Of a stretch of DNA of 64,000 bases, positions 47,474 through 56,486 are shown piece after piece; positions within the stretch are counted from its first letter, which is position 1; each line of letters opens with the position of its first letter. This stretch comes from Peptococcaceae bacterium UBA7185 (GTDB lineage Bacteria > Bacillota > Peptococcia > Peptococcales > Peptococcaceae): NCBI GenBank assembly GCA_002491065.1, contig DKVF01000031.1:19946-83945 (forward strand). Direction: 5' to 3'. The translations under genes were made by a program, and so were the position numbers. The notes under the pieces were generated by a model. That model searched no databases. It worked only from the letters and a program-made list of their open reading frames with translations, and had not been told where the DNA came from.

Positions 47474-47503
47474 TTGACTTTTCAAAAATAATTATGCTAA
47501 AAT
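47474..47503 (+). promoter_or_regulatory. Strong sigma-A type promoter with extended -10
   Basis: TTGACT (47474-47479), 18-nt spacer containing TGc, TAAAAT (47498-47503). Confidence 0.6.
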
Positions 47504-47535
47504 ATAACCCATCTTAAATAGGAAAACGGTTAACG

Positions 47536-47616
47536 ACACACGTAAAGCTTGGCTTGTAAATCTGATTACGGAACCGTAATACAGATCAAAGGCCGGGATG
47601 CGTGTGTTTTTGTTTG
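47536..47616 (+). promoter_or_regulatory. Long rod-like hairpin plus U-tract (leader attenuator, sRNA 3' end or prfB terminator)
   Basis: The outer stem is ACACACG (47536-42) with CGTGTGT (47601-07). The inner stem is GGC..ATCTGATTACGG-aa-CCGTAATaCAGAT..GCC. It is followed by TTTTTGTTTG. Confidence 0.5.
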
Positions 47617-47707
47617 TCTGAAAAAACATAGGCGGCATCCGTTGGTCTTTCTTTGCTGAGCCAATGGGTGTCATTTTCCTTTTTGAATCAAGAAGGAGGA
47701 GTTTCTT

Positions 47708-49597
47708 TTGGAACAGAGCAATGTGATGAAGCATCAAGTAGAGCCGGAGGTGAAAGGCAGAGGTAGTCACAGGCCTGAGCTGATGATTTTTGTGGCAGCC
47801 TTTTCCGCATTTTTGGCTACATTTAACGAAACATTTTTGAATGTAGCGTTCACATCAATTATGGCTGATTTGGGAGTCGGCGTTGCCACGGTGCAGTGGC
47901 TTTCCACTGCTTATATGTTGGGTGCGGCGGTGATGGTGCCGATTTCAGCATTTTTGTATCGCAGTATTCCTACCAAACGGTTATACTTGTTTACGGTAGG
48001 ATTTTTAGTTGTCGGCAGTGTAGTTTGCGGTTTGGCGCCGAATTTCACGATTTTATTGTTGGGCCGTATTATTCAGGCTTTGGGCACTGGGATGTTGATT
48101 CCCATTGGGATGAATATTACATTGGAAGTGGCACCAAAACGAAAATTGGGCACATATATGGGGATTATGGGTGCGATGACAACTTTGGGTCCGTCTTCCA
48201 GTGTCATTCTGGCAGGATTGATTTTAGCGGTGGCCAGTTGGCATGCCATGCTTTGGTTTTTCTGTGCGCTGACAGTGCTTTGTATGATCTGTGGCGCATG
48301 CCTTTTGGATGATATAGCCTATTTAACTCATCCCAAACTGGATTTTTTGTCTGTTGTGGAAATCAGTTTAGCCTTAATCGGGATTTTATATGGAATTTCT
48401 ACTATATTTTCCGGGAACTATTTATTGGCTGTTGGTGTGGTAATCATCGGATTTCTTTTCTTGGCTGCCTTTGTAAGTCGGCAGAAAAAGCTGGAACAAC
48501 CATTAATTCGCCTGCAGCCACTGAGGGTGAAGCCCTTTGCTGTGGGTGTGCTCATCAATATGTTTTCACTGATTGTCATTTTTGCGATGAATATTGTAAC
48601 ACCGATGTTTTTGCAGAGCGGGTTGGGCATTTCGCCTTTTGCCGCTTCCATGACATTGTTCCCGGCTATTTTGTTGTCCTGCGTTATTTCACCGCTGGCT
48701 GGTCGGATTTACGATAAGCATGGAGCGAAAATTTTGCTGCCTTTGGGATTTTTATTGATTGGTGTGGCCAGTGTGGGGATGGCAGTGGTTCATGTAACGG
48801 GGAATATCATCTTCTTGGCTCTGCTGTATATTCCTGTAATTTGCGGCTCCGCTTTGATTATCGGACCGGTGCAGAGTCTGGCGCTTTCCTATTTGAGCTT
48901 TGAGGAGAATCCCCACGGTGTGACCGTGATGAGTACTGGTTTTCAGATTGCCGGCTGTATCGGTGCGTCATTGTTTACAGGTATTTATGCCATTTGTCAA
49001 CCGCCCAGCCATGGCTTCACGGTGGTATGTTTCTTGGCGGCGGTATTTGCCTTGGCAGGAATTGGGCTGGCGTTGTATGAAAACAGTCTCAGCAGTACTG
49101 TGACGGCAGAAAAAACCAAATTGGTCGGCATCGCTGCGATTATGAAAACGAAGCCCTATAGTATTTCAGCTGAGGCCACTGCCTTGGATGCGCTACATTG
49201 CATGGTAGAAAAGAAGACGACAGGTTTGCCTATTGTGGTGGGAGACGGCAGTGTAAAAGGATTTGTATCCGACGGCGATATTATCCGCTATATGAACGGT
49301 CCCGAAAGTGAGGCCAACGGTTTTGCGTCTATGTATCCGCTGTGGTATAATGTGGGTGCCTTGGATGACCGGTTGGTTGCCTTAGGGCAATTCCCTGTGA
49401 TGGAATTAGCCACCAAAAAAGTAATCGGGATTGATGTGGAGGATGATATGGAGAAGCTGTTTCAGATATTTTCCGACAAACGCATCAAAAAGGTGCCTGT
49501 ATTGCAGCAGGGCAAGCTGGTGGGCGTTGTGAGCCGTTCTGATTTATTGCGGCAGCTGGTAGGAAAATCACAGATAAACAGTGGAACAGAGTTTTAA
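47708..49597 (+). CDS. MFS (DHA2/EmrB-QacA-like, ~14 TM) transporter fused to a C-terminal CBS-domain pair
   Basis: N-terminal MFS pattern (FNETFLNVAFTSIMADLG...GRIIQALGTGMLIP). The C-terminal ~130 aa has two CBS-like repeats (GLPIVVGDGSVKGFVSDGDIIRY; KVPVLQQGKLVGVVSRSDLLRQL). TTG 47708 is 7-8 nt after AAGGAGGA. The alternative is ATG 47726. Confidence 0.8.
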   Translation: MEQSNVMKHQVEPEVKGRGSHRPELMIFVAAFSAFLATFNETFLNVAFTSIMADLGVGVATVQWLSTAYMLGAAVMVPISAFLYRSIPTKRLYLFTVGFLVVGSVVCGLAPNFTILLLGRIIQALGTGMLIPIGMNITLEVAPKRKLGTYMGIMGAMTTLGPSSSVILAGLILAVASWHAMLWFFCALTVLCMICGACLLDDIAYLTHPKLDFLSVVEISLALIGILYGISTIFSGNYLLAVGVVIIGFLFLAAFVSRQKKLEQPLIRLQPLRVKPFAVGVLINMFSLIVIFAMNIVTPMFLQSGLGISPFAASMTLFPAILLSCVISPLAGRIYDKHGAKILLPLGFLLIGVASVGMAVVHVTGNIIFLALLYIPVICGSALIIGPVQSLALSYLSFEENPHGVTVMSTGFQIAGCIGASLFTGIYAICQPPSHGFTVVCFLAAVFALAGIGLALYENSLSSTVTAEKTKLVGIAAIMKTKPYSISAEATALDALHCMVEKKTTGLPIVVGDGSVKGFVSDGDIIRYMNGPESEANGFASMYPLWYNVGALDDRLVALGQFPVMELATKKVIGIDVEDDMEKLFQIFSDKRIKKVPVLQQGKLVGVVSRSDLLRQLVGKSQINSGTEF

Positions 49598-49695
49598 ACA
49601 GCAGACAGATAAAAATAAATTGCCGCAAAGAGAAATATGGTGTAGCAGCGGCGGATAAAAGGCAGGATTGGAATGGCTGCTATACAGCATATAAC

Positions 49696-49736
49696 AAAGA
49701 CGGGGAAAAAGCGATTGCTTTTCCCCGTCTTTTTCT
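49696..49736. terminator. Terminator hairpin between the convergent MFS-CBS and mscL genes
   Basis: AAAGACGGGGAAAA, 9-nt loop, TTTTCCCCGTCTTT followed by TTTCT on +. It is T-rich after the stem on - as well. Confidence 0.7.
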
Positions 49737-49823
49737 ACGTTCGTCTTTATTTTGCTCAAAAGTGTGCTTTATAGACAGAGCGCATATCCAATTTGCTTTA
49801 CATTGTAGCGGTTTTCTGTAAGA

Positions 49824-50249
49824 TTATTTTGCCTGCTGCTGTTTCAGCAGATCGCGGATTTCTGTCAGTAATTCTTCTGTGCTGGGACCGGCTGGAGCAG
49901 CCGGAGCGACCTCTTCTTCTTTCTTTTTGTGCAATTTTGTGATTTGCTGCACGAAGAAAAAGATGCAGAAAGCGATGATGAAAAAGTCAAATACATTTTG
50001 AATAAAGTTTCCGTACATGATGGCGGATTCTGCCTTAATGACTTCACCGGTTGCGCTGAGTTCTGCCGGACTCAAAACCAACTTCAGTGCGGTAAAGTCC
50101 GTGCCAGCGGTAAGAAAGCCAAAGAAAGGCATGATGATGTCGCTGACTAGGGAGCTGACGATTTTTCCAAAGGCTCCTCCAATGATAACACCGATGGACA
50201 TGTCCAGTACATTTCCCTTGAAGGCAAATTCTTTAAATTCTTTCCACAT
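49824..50249 (-). CDS. mscL: Large-conductance mechanosensitive channel
   Basis: [41 protein letters not shown] is canonical MscL. SD AGGAGGA precedes the start. Confidence 0.96.
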   Translation of the reverse strand: MWKEFKEFAFKGNVLDMSIGVIIGGAFGKIVSSLVSDIIMPFFGFLTAGTDFTALKLVLSPAELSATGEVIKAESAIMYGNFIQNVFDFFIIAFCIFFFVQQITKLHKKKEEEVAPAAPAGPSTEELLTEIRDLLKQQQAK

Positions 50250-50443
50250 AACAAATTCCTCCTGATTTTATTCTGTTGTACAGTGTACCAGAATGATTGG
50301 CAGAAAACAAGAGATAATGTAGAAAAAATGGGGAAAATGCAGGACGAAAACAAATTGGACAAGGCTGAATTTTGTTCTAATCCTTGGCTTGTCTGCATAT
50401 AGTAGCAAAAAAGGGGTGCAGGAGCCCAGAGGAGGAGACAGGG

Positions 50444-51358
50444 ATGACAGAAGAAACGGTGAAGACGCTGTCGCGACAATATTTTCCCCTTGAAATACAG
50501 CAAGCGTTGCTGCGCTGGCAAGGAGAACTGGAGCAGGTACAGGAAATTCGCTGCCGTTTGGGACGACCTTTACGCTTGCGTTTGCAGGGTGGCGGGGAAC
50601 GGACCGTGTTGGAACAGCTGTCAACAGAGCAATTGCAGTATATCGTCGGGAGAATCAGCCAGGGTTCAGTTTATGCCTGGGAAGAAGAGTTCCGTCGCGG
50701 CTATCTTACCTTGGCAGAGGGACATCGCGTAGGTCTGGTGGGAAAAGGCGTTTTGGAGCAGGGTGCGATTCGCACTTTAAAACAAATCAGCGGTTTGAAT
50801 TTTCGCATTGCCAGAGCAATGCCCGGCGCCGCCGACCAAATCTTAGAGCAGATTTTGGCTGACGGCTCTCTGCACAATGTGCTGCTTCTTTCGCCGCCTG
50901 GCTGTGGCAAAACGACCTTGCTGCGGGACCTCATCCGTCAGCTCAGTGACGGCATTCCCCGACTGGGCTTTGCCGGTGTAAACGTGGGCGTGGTGGACGA
51001 GCGTTCTGAATTAGCAGGCTGTGTGAATGGTATTCCCCAGTTGGACATCGGCAGTCGCACGGATATCTTAGATGGCTGTCCGAAAAGCGAAGGAATGCGT
51101 ATGCTGATTCGCTCTATGGCGCCGCAGGTGGTGGCAGCAGATGAATTGGGCACAGCCGCTGATGTGCTGGCATTAGAGGAGGCTCTGCAGAGTGGTGTCT
51201 ATGTACTCAGCACTGTGCATGGCCGCAATTTGGAGGAATTGCGACGCCATTCCATTTTAGGCAGATTGGTAGAGCAGGGATTTTTTACATGGATTGTCAC
51301 CTTAGCATGGAAAAATGGACAGGTAGTAACGCAGTGCCAAAGGGGAGATTGTTTATGA
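50444..51358 (+). CDS. spoIIIAA: Stage III sporulation protein AA (ATPase)
   Basis: Walker A LLLSPPGCGKTTLLRDL. It is the first gene of an eight-gene spoIIIA-ordered cluster. ATG 50444 follows GGAGGAG. Confidence 0.88.
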   Translation: MTEETVKTLSRQYFPLEIQQALLRWQGELEQVQEIRCRLGRPLRLRLQGGGERTVLEQLSTEQLQYIVGRISQGSVYAWEEEFRRGYLTLAEGHRVGLVGKGVLEQGAIRTLKQISGLNFRIARAMPGAADQILEQILADGSLHNVLLLSPPGCGKTTLLRDLIRQLSDGIPRLGFAGVNVGVVDERSELAGCVNGIPQLDIGSRTDILDGCPKSEGMRMLIRSMAPQVVAADELGTAADVLALEEALQSGVYVLSTVHGRNLEELRRHSILGRLVEQGFFTWIVTLAWKNGQVVTQCQRGDCL

Positions 51359-51867
51359 GATTGGGCGGGATGGTATTATTGATTGGAGCGGGAACGGCTT
51401 TCGGTTTTTATAAGGCCTATGGATTTCGTCGACGCGTTGCTGACATTATCATGTTGCAGAATGCCTTTCGTCTGTTGGAAACAGAAATTTTTTATACGCT
51501 TTCACCAGTACCTGCGGCTTTGGAGCAGTTAGAACCACGACTGCCGGTTATGTTGCAGCAGTTTTTCCATCGCGTTTGGGTGGCGATGGAGGAGGAACAG
51601 CTTCCGGTATTTCGCGCCTGGGAGCAAGGTTTGAAGTTTTTGGAGCAGGAGACCTTTTGCGGCGCGGAGGAATTGGGCGCTGTGCGCAGTTTCGGACTCA
51701 GCCTGGGGGAAGGAGATCTGATGGCGCAGCAGAAAAATTTTCAATTGCTGCAGCATCGTCTGCAATATGCTCTGGAGGATGCAGAACGGCAAAAAACCTT
51801 ACAGGGACGTGTTTGGCAATATATGGGTTTTTGCATCAGTATGGCGGCGGCTATTTTGTTATGCTAG
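51355..51867 (+). CDS. spoIIIAB: Stage III sporulation protein AB
   Basis: About 170 aa with an N-terminal TM. The ATGA overlaps the spoIIIAA stop. The call rests on position and size. Confidence 0.8.
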   Translation: MRLGGMVLLIGAGTAFGFYKAYGFRRRVADIIMLQNAFRLLETEIFYTLSPVPAALEQLEPRLPVMLQQFFHRVWVAMEEEQLPVFRAWEQGLKFLEQETFCGAEELGAVRSFGLSLGEGDLMAQQKNFQLLQHRLQYALEDAERQKTLQGRVWQYMGFCISMAAAILLC

Positions 51868-51878
51868 GAGGAACAAGT

Positions 51879-52076
51879 ATGCAAATTGATATTATCTTTA
51901 AAATTGCTGGTATCGGTATTTTGACGGCGGTACTTCACAGTGTTCTGAAATCCATGGGGAAGGAAGATCAAGCCAATTTGGCGGCTTTGGCTGGACTGGC
52001 CATTGTATTGTTTACAGTGATTGATTTGCTGGCAGAGTTGTTTACCCATGTAAAAACGGTATTCTTATTATATTGA
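51879..52076 (+). CDS. spoIIIAC: Stage III sporulation protein AC
   Basis: 65-aa two-TM protein MQIDIIFKIAGIGILTAVLHSVLKSMGKEDQANL..., typical of SpoIIIAC. SD AGGAGG precedes the start. Confidence 0.85.
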   Translation: MQIDIIFKIAGIGILTAVLHSVLKSMGKEDQANLAALAGLAIVLFTVIDLLAELFTHVKTVFLLY

Positions 52077-52088
52077 CGGGAGCAAATT

Positions 52089-52472
52089 ATGAGTATTCTG
52101 CAGATTTTGGGTAGCGGTTTTCTAGTGCTGGTGCTGTGGTTGGTATTGCAGCAATATAAAAGCAACCTCAGCGTTTTTGTAGTGGTTGCCTTTGGTGTAT
52201 TGATTTTTTTATCTATGGCGGGACAGTTGGAAAATATGCTGCAAACGTTACTGCGAATGAGCCAGGAGGCCGGCGTGAATGTGATTTATCTGACCACCAT
52301 TCTAAAAATGACCGGGATCGCTTGGCTCACCGAATTTCTCTGTCAGATTTGCCGCGATGCAGGCAGCGGCGCCTTGGCGGTGAAATTGGAGTTTGCCGCA
52401 AAAATTGCCATTTTGCTGCTGGCTTTTCCGGTACTGGCGGCAGTGATGGAGAGTGTTCTGGCAATTTTATAG
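52089..52472 (+). CDS. spoIIIAD: Stage III sporulation protein AD
   Basis: 127-aa polytopic membrane protein in the conserved position. SD GGGAG precedes the start. Confidence 0.85.
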   Translation: MSILQILGSGFLVLVLWLVLQQYKSNLSVFVVVAFGVLIFLSMAGQLENMLQTLLRMSQEAGVNVIYLTTILKMTGIAWLTEFLCQICRDAGSGALAVKLEFAAKIAILLLAFPVLAAVMESVLAIL

Positions 52473-52484
52473 GAGGGAGAAGCT

Positions 52485-53543
52485 ATGGAGTGGCTGGACG
52501 AGCTGGGCACAGCTGAACTGCTGCAAGCGATAGAAATGCAGATGGAGAGCATTTGGCCCTCCCTTTCTCTGCAGCAGCTCTTTCAGGATTTTTTGCAGGG
52601 CAATTTACAACTGGATTGGATGGAACTAGGAAAAGCCTTGGGTGATGCTCTGATGCAAGCGGTGACGGCTCAGTTTAGCGTGTTGGGTCAATTGATTGTG
52701 TTGGCGGTAGTGGCGGCGCTTTTACATCAATTGGAAGGGAACTTTGCGAAGAGCAATGTGCAGAAAATTTCGGCACTGACCATTCAGGCGGTAGCGGTGC
52801 TGCTGATTATACAAAGCGCCGCCAAGGTGTTGACGGAAGCTGCTGCTGCGGTGACTCGTCTTACTGATATTATGGAGCTTTTGTTGCCGGTGCAGTTTTT
52901 GTTGATGGTTGGACTGGGAAATCTGAAAAGCGCAGGATTGTTGCAGCCATCGCTGGTGATTATGGTACAGGGCGCAGCATTTTTCTTTAAAAATATAGTG
53001 GTTCCGCTAATTACGATGGAGCTGCTCTTAAAACTGGTTAATAGCTTCAGCGATACCTATAACCTCAGTGGTTTGGCAGCTTTTCTGCGAAAGGCGATTC
53101 TTACCAGTATTAGTTTTTGTGTGATGCTGTTTTTGGCCATTCTAAGCATTGAGGGCATCAGCGGACAGGCATTGGACCGTTTGTCATTGCGCGCGGTGAA
53201 GTATGTGACAGGCTCTGCTGTACCGGTAGTGGGCGGTATGCTCTCCGGACTGATGGACACGTTGCTCAGCGGTGGGTTAATGATTCGCAGTGCTTTGGGA
53301 TTGGTGGGGCTGTTGGTGATTTTAATTTTGACAGTGCTGCCTGCGTTGAAAATCCTCTTGTTATATTTCCTGTACAGCTTTACTGCAGCGGTTTTACAGC
53401 CTTTGGGCAACAGCAGGATGACTGCGCTTTTGGAGCAGACGGCGGGCAGTTTTATGCTGCTCTTTGCAGTTGTGGCGCTCACCGGCGTACTGTTTTTCTT
53501 TATGGTGCTCATTGTTTTGGCTGCCAGTGGGGCCAGTTTATGA
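52485..53543 (+). CDS. spoIIIAE: Stage III sporulation protein AE
   Basis: 352-aa polytopic membrane protein in the conserved position. SD AGGAGGGAG precedes the start. Confidence 0.85.
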   Translation: MEWLDELGTAELLQAIEMQMESIWPSLSLQQLFQDFLQGNLQLDWMELGKALGDALMQAVTAQFSVLGQLIVLAVVAALLHQLEGNFAKSNVQKISALTIQAVAVLLIIQSAAKVLTEAAAAVTRLTDIMELLLPVQFLLMVGLGNLKSAGLLQPSLVIMVQGAAFFFKNIVVPLITMELLLKLVNSFSDTYNLSGLAAFLRKAILTSISFCVMLFLAILSIEGISGQALDRLSLRAVKYVTGSAVPVVGGMLSGLMDTLLSGGLMIRSALGLVGLLVILILTVLPALKILLLYFLYSFTAAVLQPLGNSRMTALLEQTAGSFMLLFAVVALTGVLFFFMVLIVLAASGASL

Positions 53544-53608
53544 GCCAAAAAAATTTTGTGATGAAATAGGAAAATATGTGAGTACTGTGTATGGGCAGGG
53601 GGCGCAAT

Positions 53609-54136
53609 ATGGAAACAGTGCGTATGGTGATGATTAATCTTTTAGTAATGGTTTTTTTTACGACAGTTTTGGATTTGTTGCTGCCGGAAGGATCGCTGCG
53701 CGGCTATCTGAAAATGACTATGGGGTTTTTTGTGATGCTGACGTTGCTGCAGCCTGTCCTGCAGCTGGCAGATCCGGGCAATATGGCGCAGAGGTGGCAG
53801 CTATCTGTGCCGACTGTAGCGGAAACGGACAATACTGTCGTACAGGGTGAAGTCTATGAAGCAAAGGTCAGGGAGATGGAGCAGCTTTATCAACAGAAGC
53901 TGCAGGAGCAGATTTCTTCCCTGTTGTTATTGAGTACCGATTTGGAGCAATTTCAGGTGGCCTGTGCGGTGGAAGGGCAGTGCCTGAAAAAAATTACAGT
54001 GCAGATTCCCCAGGGGGAAGAGGTGGATTCCCATCGTATTGCGCAGGCATTGGGCGGATATTATGGATTGGCAGCGGAACAGATTACCGTGGAGATAAAG
54101 GAGGACGGTTGGAATGAATTGGAAGAATCTGAGTAA
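53609..54136 (+). CDS. spoIIIAF: Stage III sporulation protein AF
   Basis: Two N-terminal TMs (INLLVMVFFTTVLDLLLPEG..., a typical SpoIIIAF motif). ATG 53609 follows AGGGGG (alternative ATG 53591). Confidence 0.8.
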   Translation: METVRMVMINLLVMVFFTTVLDLLLPEGSLRGYLKMTMGFFVMLTLLQPVLQLADPGNMAQRWQLSVPTVAETDNTVVQGEVYEAKVREMEQLYQQKLQEQISSLLLLSTDLEQFQVACAVEGQCLKKITVQIPQGEEVDSHRIAQALGGYYGLAAEQITVEIKEDGWNELEESE

Positions 54137-54686
54137 GCAGCAGCAAAAAAATTTGTTGCTGCTGGGATTATTGGCTCTCTTGGGCGTTGCGTTGCTCCTG
54201 GCAGGCAGTCGGGGCGGTCAGTCAGCGGAGAAAGCGGGAAGTGGTGGGCTGCTGGGCGAAGAAAAAAACATATTGACTGAGCAAAGTGCCAATACCAGGG
54301 TGTCTGCGCTGGAGAAACAGTTAGCCTATACTTTATCGCAGGTAGAAGGAGCCGGTGAGGTAACAGTACAGATTACCGTAAATGATTTGGGTCGCAAAGA
54401 ATATGCGCGGGATGTGCAGAAGACGGAAAGAAACACCAGTCAAAACAATGGAGAAGGCAGTCAGCAAACTACCGAAGTACAGGAAAATCAAACTGTTGTA
54501 CAGCAAGGGGGCGCTTTGCTGGTGGAAGAAAGTATGCCTGATATTCGCGGTGTTTTGGTGGTGGCCTCTGGTGCAGACAGCGCAGTGATTCAGGAACGCT
54601 TGCTGCAGGCAGCGGCTACAGTGCTGCAGCTTTCCAGAGAGAAAATTATTGTGCTGCCGGGGGAAGGGGGCATGGACCATGCGTGA
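54114..54686 (+). CDS. spoIIIAG: Stage III sporulation protein AG
   Basis: N-terminal TM plus a C-terminal ring-building-like domain (GAGEVTVQITV...GVLVVASGA). SD AAGGAGG precedes the start. Confidence 0.85.
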   Translation: MNWKNLSKQQQKNLLLLGLLALLGVALLLAGSRGGQSAEKAGSGGLLGEEKNILTEQSANTRVSALEKQLAYTLSQVEGAGEVTVQITVNDLGRKEYARDVQKTERNTSQNNGEGSQQTTEVQENQTVVQQGGALLVEESMPDIRGVLVVASGADSAVIQERLLQAAATVLQLSREKIIVLPGEGGMDHA

Positions 54687-55272
54687 GTTTGGGAAAGCAG
54701 TGCGCATATTAATTCTGATGCTGTGCATTGCGCTCTTTTTCGTGGGTTTTATCTGGAATCTCTGCTATGGAACAATGCACACAGAGGAGGAGTCCGCATC
54801 GGCGATGAGCGCCGCAGAGCAATCACAGGTATGGGAAGCCCAATATGCCATGGAGCAGCAAAGTGCAGTGGAAACTACGCTGCGCAACGATGAGAATGTC
54901 CATATGCCGTCAAATACGGTGAAAGAAGTCACACCGGAAGAACAATTTGCAGCATTGCGGATGAAGCGGGATAGTGCATGGCAGGTGCTGCAGGATCAAC
55001 TTGCAGAGCTGGAGCAGGCAGAGAGAGAGGAATACCTGGCCCAATATGCCAAGCGGCGTTATAAGGAACAGCGTTTGGAGCTTTTATTGCAGGCAAAGGG
55101 GATTGCCCACTGCCTTGTGATATTGGAGGAACAGCAGGCCAATGTGATTGTAGCAGAGGCAGAGCTCCGTGAGCAATATGAAAAGATTTTTGATTTAATT
55201 TTGCGCAACACGGATTTTACGGCGCAGGAAATTGTGTTGCTCCCTTTGAACAACACAGCTGGAAATTCATAG
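54679..55272 (+). CDS. spoIIIAH: Stage III sporulation protein AH
   Basis: N-terminal TM and a C-terminal YscJ-like segment (CLVILEEQQANVIVAEAEL). The start overlaps the spoIIIAG stop. Confidence 0.8.
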   Translation: MREFGKAVRILILMLCIALFFVGFIWNLCYGTMHTEEESASAMSAAEQSQVWEAQYAMEQQSAVETTLRNDENVHMPSNTVKEVTPEEQFAALRMKRDSAWQVLQDQLAELEQAEREEYLAQYAKRRYKEQRLELLLQAKGIAHCLVILEEQQANVIVAEAELREQYEKIFDLILRNTDFTAQEIVLLPLNNTAGNS

Positions 55273-55357
55273 AGATTGCGTATAAGTATGAATAAAACGC
55301 AGGAAAAAGGAAGTATTTTCCGACAGAAAAAATAAAGCGAAAAACCTGTCAGCAAAG

Positions 55358-55413
55358 TTCAGAAAGGAAACAGTAGTGTTTTGAATGAATTGTTTCCTCT
55401 CTGAATTTTTTTT
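55358..55413 (+). terminator. Rho-independent terminator of the spoIIIA operon
   Basis: TTCAGAAAGGAAACA, 18-nt loop, TGTTTCCTCTCTGAA (one mismatch) followed by TTTTTTTT. Confidence 0.8.
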
Positions 55414-55506
55414 AGCCTTTTATGCAGAATTTATGCAAATTCAGTTTCAATTTTGGGCAAATGCTGGTATACTTAAAAGGACTCAGAGAAAAATGAGGTG
55501 AAGAAT

Positions 55507-55932
55507 ATGCCTGAAAGTAAAAATCAGGAGCATGGAGTTGGTGAGACGACCAATGCCTATGGCAGTATCAAAATTGCCGAGGATGCAGTGGCTGGTATTG
55601 TCAGTCTGGCTGCGGCACAGATTAAAGGTGTGGCAGCGATGTCGGGCAGCATGGCTTCTGGAATTACGGAAAAACTAGGCAAGAAAAACCTGGCTAAGGG
55701 AGTTAAGGTAGAAATAGAAGAACAGGACGTTAAGATTGCCCTACATATCAATGTGGAATATGGGGTGAGAATTCCTCAGCTGGCGCAGGAAATGCAGAAT
55801 AAGGTAAGAGATACAGTACAGACGATGACAGGTTTAAAAGTAAAAGAAGTAAATATTTATGTGCAGGGAATTTCCTTTGATCATCTGGAAACGGTGGAGG
55901 ACTCTGCGGAAAATAAAGAAACAGAGGTGTAG
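55507..55932 (+). CDS. Asp23/Gls24-family envelope stress protein
   Basis: YGSIKIAEDAVAGIVSLAAAQIKGVAAM... is a typical Asp23 N-domain. ATG 55507 follows GAGGTG. Confidence 0.88.
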   Translation: MPESKNQEHGVGETTNAYGSIKIAEDAVAGIVSLAAAQIKGVAAMSGSMASGITEKLGKKNLAKGVKVEIEEQDVKIALHINVEYGVRIPQLAQEMQNKVRDTVQTMTGLKVKEVNIYVQGISFDHLETVEDSAENKETEV

Positions 55933-55934
55933 TC

Positions 55935-56474
55935 ATGAGACATCAGAGCAGAGAAACAGCATTTAAAATAATCTATCAGTTGGATATAGGAAAAAATGAT
56001 TTAGAGACTGCTTTGCAGCACACCATGGAGGAAGATGGGTTAAATCAGCGGGAACGGGCATTTTGTCAGGAACTGGTGATGGCGGTGGAAGAGAAATTAC
56101 CTGAAATTGACCAGATCATTGAGCGCAATACTACTGGCTGGCATGTAGGACGTATGATGAGCGTGGACCGCAATCTGCTTCGCCTGGCGGTATATGAGAT
56201 GCTTTTCAGCGCCCATATATCCCCGAAAGGCGCCATCAATGAAGCGGTGGACATGGCTAAGGTGTATGGAAAGCAGGAGTCTGCAAGCTTTGTAAACAGT
56301 ATACTGGACAAGGTGCTGAAGCAGGAGGAACGGCGGGATGATTTGGTGACGGCGGCTGCGGCAGAGGCAGCAGAGGAACCTGCTTTGCCGCAGAAAGAAC
56401 CGGAGGTTGTGACGCGGGAGATATCCGAGGAAGAAGCGGAGCGATTATTGCCGGGCAGTACACAGACGATATAA
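55935..56474 (+). CDS. nusB: Transcription antitermination factor NusB (with ~45-aa acidic C-terminal extension)
   Basis: RHQSRETAFKIIYQLDIG... and SVDRNLLRLAVYEM...INEAVDMAKVYG. Confidence 0.92.
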   Translation: MRHQSRETAFKIIYQLDIGKNDLETALQHTMEEDGLNQRERAFCQELVMAVEEKLPEIDQIIERNTTGWHVGRMMSVDRNLLRLAVYEMLFSAHISPKGAINEAVDMAKVYGKQESASFVNSILDKVLKQEERRDDLVTAAAAEAAEEPALPQKEPEVVTREISEEEAERLLPGSTQTI

Positions 56475-56486
56475 GCAGGTGGGTAG

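Noticed and set aside
50367-50403. Sigma-E-like promoter for spoIIIA (CATATAGT at 50396-50403)
   Set aside because: The -10-like element is present, but I could not find an ATATT-type -35 at 16-18 nt spacing. It is too weak to call from sequence alone.
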